From: Octopus sinensis
Taxonomy: Eukaryota
Length of the DNA stretch: 47,489 nucleotides
Direction: 5' to 3'
NCBI RefSeq assembly: GCF_006345805.1
Contig: NW_021835153.1
Coordinates: 1-47,489, forward strand
In this document: positions 13,563 through 24,374 of the stretch, piece by piece
Position numbering within the stretch: the first letter of the stretch is position 1
How the letters are laid out: every line of letters begins with the position of its first letter
Made by a program: the position numbers and the translations under genes
The notes under the pieces: model-generated
Told to the model about the DNA's origin: nothing
Seen by the model: only the letters and a program-made list of their open reading frames with translations
Database searches by the model: none

Positions 13563-14055
13563 TACGTTCGGAGTTCAAATTCCACCGAGGTCGACTTTGC
13601 CTTTCATCCTTTCGGGCTCGTTTAAATAAGAACCAGTTACGCACTGGGGTCGATGTAATCGACTTAATCCGTGTGTCTGTCCTTGTTTGTCCACTCTGTG
13701 TTTAGCCCCTTGTGGGTAGTTAAGAAATAGGTATTTCGTCTGTCTTTACGTTCTGAGTTCAAATTCCGCCGAGTTCGACTTTGCCTTTCATCCTTTCGGG
13801 GTCGATAAATTAAGTACCAGTTACGCACTGGGGTCGATGTAATCGACTTAATCCCTTTGTCTATCCTTGTTTGTCCACTCTATATTTAACCCCTTGTGAG
13901 TAGTAAAGAAATAAGTATTTTTCCCAATTCCACCGAGGTCGATTTTGCCTTTCATTCTTTCGGCGTCGATAAACTGAGTAGCAGTGAAACACTTGGGTCG
14001 ACGTAATCGACTAGTCCCCTCCCACAAATTTCAGGCCTTGTGCCTATAGTAGAAG

Positions 14056-14057
<2 letters not shown>
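13563..14057 (+). mobile_element. Head-to-tail trimer of SINE family A segments
   Basis: Units joined at AAGAAATAG|GTATTT (13730/13731) and AAGAAATAA|GTATTT (13914/13915); the last unit has a different tail running into (ATT)n. Confidence 0.9.
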
Positions 14058-14129
<72 letters not shown>

Positions 14130-14130
<1 letters not shown>

Positions 14131-14771
14131 TATGTTTGACTTTTGCTTTATGTCTGTACAAGTTGGCTCCAAGTCTCACCCAGAGACCTCAAGAGACAAC
14201 AGGTTGGAAGTTCTGTGCCATATATTTGGGGTTTTTTTGTTTTTTTTTGGTGTTGTACTAGTGAATGTCTAATACATAAAAAAAAAATAAATAAATAAAA
14301 AAAAAAGTTTGTTTTAAACATTGGGATTACATAGAGAGTATTTTGCGTAGGATATGAGCAGTTCCCATGAGCACTATCTTTTGAATTTCTGCCATTTCGG
14401 GGTTTCCTGGTATCTGAGTTAGGTAGCAACCAGTCCCTTTCGCTATCATTCCCAGGGCACCTATGACAACAGGTATTGTTTTAGTCTTCAGCTTCCACAT
14501 TTTGCTGATTTCTATTTCAAGATCTTTATATTTGCTCAGTTTTTGGTAGGTCTTAACAGATACGTTTATATCGATTGGGACAGTCATATCAATGAGGAGG
14601 CATGTTCTTTGTCTGAAGTCTTTCAATATAATGTCTGGCCTATTTGCATCTATCTTCCTGTCAGTTTGAATGGTGAAGTTCCAGAGGAGTGAGATGTGGT
14701 CATTTTCAAGCACAGGAGGTGGATTGTGTTCCCACCAGTTTTTTTCATGGGGCAAATCCAGGTTTTTGCAA

Positions 14772-14780
<9 letters not shown>
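14130..14780 (-). mobile_element. 5'-truncated Dong/R4-clade non-LTR retrotransposon: restriction-like endonuclease (RLE) domain plus 3' UTR
   Basis: Open frame ..WWEHNPPPVLENDHISLLWNFTIQTDRKIDANRPDIILKD..CLLIDMTVP..KLSKYKDLEIEISKMW..TIPVVIGALG..IQKIVLMGTAHILRKILSM* contains the PD..D and K..KY motifs of RLE domains. It is flanked on both sides by (TAA)n. Confidence 0.92.
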
Positions 14781-14846
<66 letters not shown>

Positions 14847-14872
14847 ATTATTATTATTATTATTATTATTAT

Positions 14873-15090
14873 TGGCTTCAAGTTTTGGCAGAAGGCCAGC
14901 ATGTTCGACGGAAGAGGGCTAAGTCGATTAGATCGACCCCTGTGCTCTCGAATGGTACATAATTCATTGACCCTGCAACGATGGAAGGCAAAGTCGACTT
15001 CAACCGAATTTGAACTCAGAACGTAGCGACGGACGAAATGCCGCCAAGCATTTTGCCCGGTGTGCTAACGATTTTACCAGCTCAACGCCT
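14873..15090 (-). mobile_element. SINE family A with alternative tail ending in (AAT)n
   Basis: Head and core match family A; the tail runs into the (ATT)n tract at 14781-14872. Confidence 0.85.
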
Positions 15091-15167
15091 TAATAATGAT
15101 AATGACTGTGATCATTATTATTGTTATTTTCGTTTTTCACCGTCCCCTTCAAATTATTTCAATATTC

Positions 15168-15937
15168 TTTTCTACGCCAGGCAGAAGTCTCAAAATTTTG
15201 GGAATGGAGGCCAGTCGATTAGATTGACTTCAGTACGTAACTGTTGTTTAATTTGTTGACCCCGAAAGGATGAAAGGCAAAGTCGACCTCGGCGGAATTT
15301 GAACTCAGAACGTAGCAGCAGACGAAATACCTATTTCTTTACTACCCACAAGGGGCTAAACACAGAGAGGACAAACAAGGGCAGACAAACGGATTTAGTC
15401 GATTACATCAACCCCAGTGCGTAAATGGTACTTGATTTGTCGACCCCGAAATGATGAAAGGCAAAGTCGACCTCGGCGTAATTTGAACTCAGAACGTAGC
15501 AGCAGACGAAATACTTATTTCTTTACTACCCACAAGGGGCTAAACACAGAGAGGACAAACAAGGGCAGACAAACGGATTTAGTCGATTACATCAACCCCA
15601 GTGCGTAACTGGCAGAAACGTTAGCACGCCGGGCGAAATGCTTAGCGGTATTTCGTCTGCGTTACGTTGTGAGTTCAAATTCCGCCGAGGTCAACTTTGC
15701 CTTTCATCCTTTCGGGGTCGATAAATTAAGTACCAGTTACGCACTGGGGTCGATGTAATCGACTTAATACCTATGTCTGTCCTTGTTTGTCCCCTCTGTG
15801 TTTGGCCCCTTGTGGGTAATAAAGAAATAGGTACTTGATTTATCGACCCCGAAAGGACGAAAGGCAAAGTCGACCTCGGCGGAATTTGAACTCAGAACGT
15901 AGCGGCAGACGAAATACCACTAAGCGTTTCGCCGCCT
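15168..15937. mobile_element. Nested cluster of SINE A: minus-strand multimer with a plus-strand copy (15609-15830) inserted in it
   Basis: Junctions at 15330/15331, 15514/15515 and 15830/15831. The host copy is split at ACTG|GTACTT with a CTGG microhomology at 15609-15612. Confidence 0.88.
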
Positions 15938-16347
15938 TAACAATGATAAAAACTGTGATCGTTACTATTATCATTATTCTCCACTGTTCCCTTCAAATTA
16001 TTTCAATATTGAAATTTAATTCGTGTGCGTGCTGAGAGCGGTGTATTCCGATATTTTCTTCCCTACCTCCCCTACTCAATTTCTGGTTCAATCCAATTTC
16101 TCTTCACTTAAGTCATTTATGCTCGAGGCGAACAGCATAAACGTTACTACGTCCCATTTTCTTTCTTTCACCTTCCTATACAAAGGGGCTTTGCAACTAG
16201 TTACCCCTCCTCTTAACAATACAAGAACAAAAGGAATCAATATTGAAATGTAATTATTCATTGGTTGTATTTTAATACATATTAAATGATATTTTAAATA
16301 GTATATATATTTTTTATCGCAATTTCTATATTTTTATTTCCCTTCCA

Positions 16348-16462
<115 letters not shown>

Positions 16463-16496
16463 GTCTGTCTGCCTATCTAGATCTATCTATCTATCT

Positions 16497-16810
16497 GTGA
16501 GGGCGCGTGGCTTAGTGGTTAGGGCCTCGGCTCTGATCGTAAGGTTGTGAGTTCGATTCCCGGCGACGCGTTGTGTCCTTGAGCAAGACACTTTATTCAC
16601 GTTGCTCCAGTCCACTCAGCTGGCAAAAATGAGTTGTACTTGTATTCAAAGGGTCAGCCTGTCACTCTCTGTGTCACGCTGATTTTCCCCGAGAACTACG
16701 TTAAGGGTACACGTGTCTGTGGAATGCTCAGCCATTTGCACGTTAATTTCACGAGCAAGCTGTTCCGTTGATCGATCAGCTGGACCCTCGTCGTCGTAAC
16801 CGGCGGAGTC
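16497..16810 (+). mobile_element. SINE family C head with a distinct body, inserted into (TATC)n
   Basis: A-box TGGCTTAGTGG and B-box GTTCGATTCC; (TATC)n on both sides (16351-16496 and 16813-16890). Confidence 0.9.
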
Positions 16811-16811
16811 T

Positions 16812-16890
<79 letters not shown>

Positions 16891-17628
16891 CAACTCTTTC
16901 CTTCTTGCTCTCACGTTAAATTATAGTTTTCATTCCCTTGTTCTCTCTCTCTCTCTGTATATATCTACACACACACACACAAATACATATGCACATACGT
17001 ATAAACACCTAGTATACACACTCATGCACACGTACTCACACACACACACGCGCGCACACACCGTACTTTTACTTTCACTTTCATTTTTATAACTTTCGTT
17101 TATATTTTCTTAATCTCTTTTATGTCCATGTCTATTATTTCCTCGTTATTTCTCTGCTTCTCTCACCCCTCTTACACATACACACACGCACACGCACACA
17201 CACGTACATACACATGCACACACACACACACACACATACACACACACACGTACACACACACACACACAACACACACACACACATACATGTTACACACACG
17301 TAAAAAGTCTCTCTCTTATCTACTTTGCTTCCTTTTTGCGGATTTCAAGGTTTTTCAGTCAATTGTTTCATCGCTTTCTTCTCCCCCAAGTATTCTTTGC
17401 CCCTCACTGTCACCTTTGTCGCTCTCTCACTCTCTATTCGCTTTCCACCTTCAACTTTTCTTTCTTTCCCTCTACGTATCTCTCTTTACTCGGTTTATAT
17501 TCTCCTCCTTTTCTTCGCAGATATATACATATTTACATACAAACACACACACACACATGTATGCATACATACCTTCATATATATTGCATATGTTTATTTA
17601 TATGCATGTATGTGTATGCATCTGTTAT

Positions 17629-17988
17629 GACTGTGAGGTAAGAAAATTTCTTCGCAACATAGTTCCAGGTTCAATCCCACTGCGTGGCACCTTGGGCAAG
17701 AACCTTCTGCTGTATCCCCGGGCCGACCAAGGACTTGTGAGTGAATTTGGTTGACGGAAAGTGAAAGAAGCCCGTCGTACACACACACGCACGCACACTT
17801 ACACGAAAATCTTATGCGTGTGCTGGTGTGTTTACGTCCTAGTAACATAGTAGTTCATCAAAAGTGGCCGATACAATAAGTACTAGGCCTAACAAAAATA
17901 AGTCCCAGGGTCGATTTGTTCGACTAAACCCCTTCGAGGCGGTGCTCCAGCATGGCCACAGTCAAATGACTAAAACAAATAAAAGAAT
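17629..17988 (+). mobile_element. SINE family B (older copy)
   Basis: Colinear with 18056-18468; short internal (CA)n. Confidence 0.85.
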
Positions 17989-18055
17989 ATATATAATTTC
18001 GTTGCTGGCTGCATCGACAAAAATGTACTCCAAAATCTGAAAAATAAATATTTAT

Positions 18056-18468
18056 AGGCGCAAGAGTGGCCGTCTGGTAAGAAGCTTGCTTACCAACTGC
18101 ATGGTTCCTTGTTCAGTCCGACTGCGAAACACCTTGGGCAAGTGTCTTCTGCTATAGCCTCGGGCCGACCAAAGCCTGTGAGTGGATTTGGTAGACGGAA
18201 ACTGAATGATGCTCGTCGTATATATATGTGTGTGTGTGTGTATGTGTGTGTATGTTTGTGTGTCTGTGTTTATCTCCCCACCATCGCTTGACAACCGATG
18301 CTGGTGTGTTTACGTCCCCGTAACTTAGTGGTTCGGCAAAAGATACCGATAGAATATGTACTAGGCTTGCAAAGAATAAGTCCTGGGGTCAATTTGCTCG
18401 ACTAAAGGCGGTGCTCCAGTATGGCCGCAGTCACTGGCTGAAACAAGTAAAACAGTAAAAGAATAAAA
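18056..18468 (+). mobile_element. SINE family B, full length
   Basis: Head GGCGCAAGAGTGGCCGTCTGGTAAG, internal (TA)n(TG)n, tail GAAACAAGTAAAA..GAATAAAA. Confidence 0.92.
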
Positions 18469-18544
18469 TAATAATTGTATACACAGGATTTAGATTCGAG
18501 CTATTAGTTCCTATTGTGAAAACACTACGACTGTCAAGCTTGAA

Positions 18545-18900
18545 GAAATGAGTTGTGCAGTTGATCTTGGAATGCCTGTGATAATATTATCAATCGCAGG
18601 TCACACAGGTGTCCACTCAAAGTTGTAACTGCCGAGACCCAGAAACTTATCCACTCAACCAAGCATGCATGATTACCTCAGTGGTTTATGAAATTGAAGT
18701 CACAGCAGTGCTCCGAAAGAAAATGTACATTGGCATATGTAAAAGTGGTTTAAAAAAAGACTCGCTAACCACTAGTTTTTTTCCGTGGATAAAAAGGAAG
18801 ACATGAAGTTAGTCAACCATAATTGGGGCCTGAAAGCCAACTATACCTCACCTAAGGTACCTGTAATATTCTCATTTGATGTAGAGGAAATAGTAAGCCA
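18545..18900 (+). mobile_element. Decayed GIY-YIG endonuclease domain of a Penelope-like element
   Basis: SCNCRDPETYPLNQACMITSVVYEIEVTAVLRKKMYIGICKSGLKK, then after a frameshift LANH and KLVNHNWGLK. This fits the PLE pattern CNCR..CPL..C..VVY..YIG..FK.R..NH..LS.HIW.LK. Confidence 0.82.
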
Positions 18901-19200
18901 AACTAGTACAGTTTACACTTTTCTCCTCATTTCACAACTACATTGGAACTTTTATCGTGACCACCCTCCAACCCTATATCCTTTGAGATACTAGGTCAAG
19001 GCTCTTTTTTCATCTCATGCATATTCCTGGCATACAGCTTCCAATTACTCAGAAAGAAAGATTGTATAATTTTGGAAATTCTGTCTCACTGTGAACCAGT
19101 GAGACACTCTTAAGACTTATTCAACATAAATAACAAGGGACTTACTGGAAGTACGAACAACATCGCAGGAAGTATGTCTCCTTGGAATATACCTCTGCTA

Positions 19201-19272
19201 TACAATAATTCCCTCGACTATCGCAGGTTTTGCAATCCCCCACCCTCGCGATAGGTGAAAATCCGCGAAGTA
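19201..19272 (+). mobile_element. pogo/Tigger-like terminal inverted repeat fragment
   Basis: TA-CAATAATTCCCTCGACTATCGC..CGCGATAGGTGAAAATCCGCGAAG resembles Tigger-type CAGT..CCCTCG.TATCGC termini. Confidence 0.55.
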
Positions 19273-19328
19273 TATATATATGTTATGCATGTATGTTGGT
19301 ATCAGTCAATCAATCATTCTATCTATAC

Positions 19329-19527
19329 TGATTTAAAGTTTTGGCACATGGCCAGCAATTTTGGGGAACGGGTAGTCGATCAGATCGACCCCTGTATTGA
19401 ACTGATACTTATTTTATTGACCCCTAAAGAACGAAAAGACAAGTCGAGCTCGGCAGAATTCGAACTCAGAACATAGAGATGGACAAATAACCGCGAAGAA
19501 TTTTGTCCGGTGTGCCAACTCGCCGCT
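19329..19527 (-). mobile_element. SINE family A (diverged)
   Basis: GAATTCGAACTCAGAAC, AAGTCGAGCTCGGC and CTCGCCGC motifs. Confidence 0.8.
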
Positions 19528-19543
19528 TTGTCTATCTACCTAG

Positions 19544-20213
19544 ATTAATGCCTATATGATAGTCATAAATACAAACATTTTTTTTCACACTCACTAACAT
19601 TTATTCGAATTCAAACACACATATGTCGATGGATTTATTTACGACAATTTTTATTTGTTTGTGCGTTCTAATCTAAACCATTACGAAGATAAAATTTCAC
19701 AGATAAATGAAGATAACTCGAGATTCTTAACCGACTATAAATATTTAATGCATGATTTATTTACTTGTGTTATATGGCACGCGAAAATTTCGTATTACAG
19801 TTTTTAATGTCTACACAATAATATAGTAACGACAAATTACTGTTGAATTTTTTTTCCTATTTTATCCTTTGTTGTAACGAAAGACTAAACTTAATTCCCT
19901 TCATAAGCAATAGTGCGATATAAGGGCCGACGTTTACTATTTCAGGAATCTCAAACGAGAAGCAGCTGAAAAACAAATATAATGCGGTATAGCGTCATTC
20001 CTGCATAATCTTTTGTTTTAAAAGCTTCATATTATAATTTCTGTTTTTCTTCACGATATATTGTAAAGCAAATCTGGGAAACTTTATCATCCGTTTCAAA
20101 AGATATTTACGATGAAAAGAAGATTAACCGCTTATTGCGCCTGTCTTATGTTCAAATTGCCAGATCTGGCTTCTCAGATATACCTTGCAATTTCATTCTG
20201 AAAATAAACAGTT
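19544..20213 (+). pseudogene. Possible relic of plexin/Sema-like coding exons
   Basis: An open run at 19598-19807 reads FEFKHTYVDGFIYDNFYLFV..HYEDKISQINEDNSRF..LFTC, and a second near 20069-20213 reads QIWETLSSVSKDIYDEKKINRLLRLSYVQIARSG. Resemblance to the Sema domain is judged by eye only. Confidence 0.3.
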
Positions 20214-20399
20214 AATAAGACAATTACATTGTCGAAACCTTGACACTACGTGGCAAAGCATAATTAATCCAAATTAATGTGAATAAATAAGCAATACACC
20301 TAACGTGTAATCTGGATGCTGAATGGTAGCTAAGTACGCAATGTAAGCTTATAGAATGATTGACTATCAAACACACCCATCTATATGCTTGTACTACAA

Positions 20400-20620
20400 T
20401 ACGAGAGAGCGCTGAAAAGTACCTGGCTTTAAGGGTATCGTGAAAGGCTTGGTTGGAGGCCAATCCTTCCGAGTTCTTTTACAGGGCTAAAAAAAACTGA
20501 AGGGCTGCTGCAGTAAGTGAAAGAATCTGAGAAGGGACTATGTTGAATAAAATCATAATTAGTTAATCCTTCTGTATTTTCTTTTACACAAAGCAGGGGA
20601 CTTTTCAGCACCCCCTCGTA
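20400..20620 (+). mobile_element. Non-autonomous mariner deletion derivative (MITE-like) with TA target duplication
   Basis: About 29-bp TIRs (TA-CGAGAGAGCGCTGAAAAGTACCTGGCTTT ... AAAGCAGGGGACTTTTCAGCACCCCCTCG-TA). The interior retains the transposase tail ..KLKG.C.K..NLR.DYVE*. Confidence 0.88.
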
Positions 20621-20856
20621 CTTGGGATAGTGCATCACAAGAATAACAGCAGGGCATTGCCCGTGTTAATACATACGCCACAGAATCCGGGAAACCGGCT
20701 TTATGAGCCTAGGGCCCAGGAAGGGCATTTGATCCTTTATTTTGACTCAGTTAATTGGTTTACAATAGGATATTCTATGATCTTGATAATATCTCGATTG
20801 CCATGAATGCAGGAATAGATTATAAATGTTGTTCTTTTATATATATTTTTATTTTC

Positions 20857-21200
20857 ATTGGCGTAGGAGTGACTGTGTGGTAAGTAGCTTACTTACGAAC
20901 CATATGGTTCCGGGTTCAGTCCCACTGCGTGGCACCTTGGGCAAGTGTCTTCTACTATAGCCTCGGGCCGACCAAAGTCTTGTGAGTGGATTTGGTAGAC
21001 GGAAACTGAAAGAATCTCGTCGTATATATGTATATATATATACATGTATGTGTGTGTGTGTATATGTATATGTGTCTGTCTCCCCAACATCGCTTGACAA
21101 CCGATGCTGGTGTGTTTACGTCTCCATAACTTAGCAGTTCGGCAAAAGAGACCGATAGAATAAGTACTAGGCTTACAAAGAATAAGTACTGGGGTCGATT
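20857..21200 (+). mobile_element. SINE family B, 3'-truncated
   Basis: Colinear with 18056-18468; ends at GGGGTCGATTT. Confidence 0.92.
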
Positions 21201-21202
21201 TC

Positions 21203-21325
21203 CACGGCTCAAAGTTAAATGAAGTGTTTTGCTCAAGAACACAACGAGTTGCCCGATCCAGGAATCGAAACCACAATCTTACGATCATTAGTCCAACAGC
21301 CTAACCACGAAGCCACTCACCTCCG
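21203..21325 (-). mobile_element. SINE family C head
   Basis: Reverse complement GGAGGTGAGTGGCTTCGTGGTTAGG..GGTTTCGATTCC..TTCTTGAGCAAAACACTTC. Confidence 0.82.
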
Positions 21326-22187
21326 CTTAATCCATATATAGACACATAAATATATTATACACACATACACACAAATATATCTTTGTAGGTTTGACTATAT
21401 GGAAAAAAAATATAAGTTGAAATCTTTTATTTGCCGAGACGGAATTTGAACTTGAGCGCTGGCTATTTAGGTGTAAACTCCACTACAGGCGAATAGGTAT
21501 CAGTCAAGTCCGGCTGTGTTTTATTTCCGCTCTAGTTTGACTTTCCAGGTCGCCACATGAGATCACTTATAAGTTGATGTTTCAGAAATCGTGTTAGATA
21601 TTTAATTAGGAAGTGTTATTTCTAAATACTATGCTTGAGGACATTCTTACAGTTTATCTCGTCTGACCCCCGCCAAGGTTTGTTAATGAAAAAGACGGAC
21701 AGATAATTAATTTAAACTGACCAAAGATTTATGGACTCTTCATGTAATTATTCTAAATCAATGTTTAGCGAGCGAAAGACAGGCTAAATTCATAACGGTT
21801 CAAAGCGTAAGTTCTGAACCAATTCCGCTGGAGAGTCTTGCTTTCGTATCCTATCTTGTTCATTAAACTGCTACGGGACTGTTGCAAAAAAGCAGAGGTG
21901 TCGAACAGCTGGAGCCTTAGATAACCGTTACTAGAAAAAGGTTTCAATATTCGACTGTCGTAATTTTTTCTCAAACTTTATTCAATTTTACAGTTTCACT
22001 TCATTTACATTTGAAATATGTCTCAAAGTTTCAATATAGTATAGTGTTATAGTTTAGCCCCAGATAAGCCCAGCTCGAGCGTTATACATAGTAAATTTCA
22101 GCAGTACAGAGGAATCTGCAATGATATTGGCAAAGGTATGAAAGCCACAACTTCCTTTCTGTCACATTTCTATCTATATATCAATCA

Positions 22188-22865
<678 letters not shown>

Positions 22866-22927
22866 GTTGTGAGGCAAAATCCTCCGGTCCCAGGTTAGTT
22901 CTGGTTTGCTACTGCTCAGTTTATCAT

Positions 22928-23162
22928 TTATTTCTTTATTGCCCACAGGGTGCTAAACATAGAGAGGGGACAAGCAAGGACAGGCAAAGGGATTAAGTCG
23001 ATTACATCGACCTCAGTGCGTAACTGGTACTTATTTAATCGACCTCGAAATGATGAAAGGCAAAGTCGACCTCGGCGGAATTTGAACTCAGAACGTAACA
23101 GCAGACGAAATACCGCTAAACATTTTGTCCGGCGCGCTAACGATTTTGCCAGCTCGCTGCCC
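22928..23162 (-). mobile_element. SINE family A, full length
   Basis: Complete head-core-tail match. Confidence 0.92.
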
Positions 23163-23182
23163 TATTTATTATTGCCCATGTA

Positions 23183-23397
23183 AAGGTAGCGAGCTGGTAG
23201 AATCATTAGCATGTCGGATAGTAATGCTTAGTAGTATTTCTTCCGGTTCTTTACGTTCTGAGTTCATATTTAACCAAAGTCGTCCATATCTTTCACTTTT
23301 TTGAGGTCTATAAAATAAGTACTAGTCAAGCACCGGAGTCGATGAAATCAACTTGCTCCTCCTGTGAAACTGCTGGTCTTGGGCAAAAATTACAAAG
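23183..23397 (+). mobile_element. SINE family A (diverged), head-to-head with the previous copy
   Basis: AAGGTAGCGAGCTGGTAGAATC head and TTACGTTCTGAGTTCA core. Confidence 0.8.
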
Positions 23398-23940
23398 AGT
23401 TATTGACTATTTAATGTTTATGCTTATACATCCCATGATTTCGAAATGTGTTTGAAAACTGCAGTGGAATTTCTAAGTAGCAATTGCTGAACGAGCTAGT
23501 GTGTTGTTACAGGTGTATTTTAAAAGTGATCAGCGTTACGCCTGCATAGCTGATTGGAAAATGGTTGGAATATACACCAGTGCGTTATGCTAGATCATCT
23601 TTCGAGGAATTTGCGGTTAACAAAGAGGGCTGAATGCTGTGGCAGATTATTCATGTTGATGTTGTTGCTGCACCACCCCTGTTTTGCGATTCATCAGGTT
23701 GCTAGTCATGAAGCTATAGCTCCCATTTATGTTACTCTTCATAAACAGTTGATGGACTTTAGTTCCGCATGGGAAATGTTCGCAGATGATGACAAGAAAT
23801 CTTTTTTGAAATAACACATCTATCAACATTTGCAACGTACAAAGAATTTGTTTGTTTCCGTTCGGCTTTTGATTCTTTGAGGGTACACACACGCACACAC
23901 ACACATCACACACACAGACACACAGACACACAGACACACA

Positions 23941-23978
<38 letters not shown>

Positions 23979-23996
23979 TACACACGCGCACACATA

Positions 23997-24331
23997 GTGA
24001 AGACACATGGATCAGTGGTTAGAGCGTCGAACTTACGATCGTGAGGGTGTGAGTTCGAATACCGGACCCAGGCTGCGTGTTGTGTTCTTGAGCAAGACAC
24101 TTTATTTCACGTTGCTCCTGTTCACTCAGCTGTGGAAATGAGTTACGACGTCACTGGTGCCAAGCTGTATCGGCTGTTGCCTTTCCCTTGGATAACACTG
24201 GTGGCGTGGAGAGGGGGGCCGGTATGCATAGGCGACTGCTGGTCTTCCATAGACAACCTTGCCCGGACTTGTGCCTGGAAGGGTAACTTTCTAGATGCAA
24301 TCCCATGGTCAGTCATGACCGAAGGGGGTCT
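23997..24331 (+). mobile_element. SINE family C-like head with a third type of body
   Basis: CAGTGGTTAGAGC A-box, GAGTTCGAATACC B-box and shared TTGAGCAAGACAC..CACTCAGCTG core, then a unique tail. Confidence 0.85.
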
Positions 24332-24339
24332 CAGCTCAG

Positions 24340-24373
<34 letters not shown>

Positions 24374-24374
<1 letters not shown>

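Noticed and set aside
13563-15830. CRISPR-like appearance of recurring GTCGAC/ATCGAC motifs
   Set aside because: These are SINE-internal motifs in ~184-bp units with no unique spacers and no cas genes, in eukaryotic DNA.
17122-17754. 210-aa ORF
   Set aside because: Made of (CA)n, pyrimidine-rich DNA and a SINE-B head.
21765-21974. 69-aa minus ORF and an overlapping plus-strand GTAAGT donor
   Set aside because: No recognisable motif and conflicting strands.
23554-23814. 86-aa ORF in unique sequence
   Set aside because: No family motif or convincing splice sites; the length is within chance expectation.
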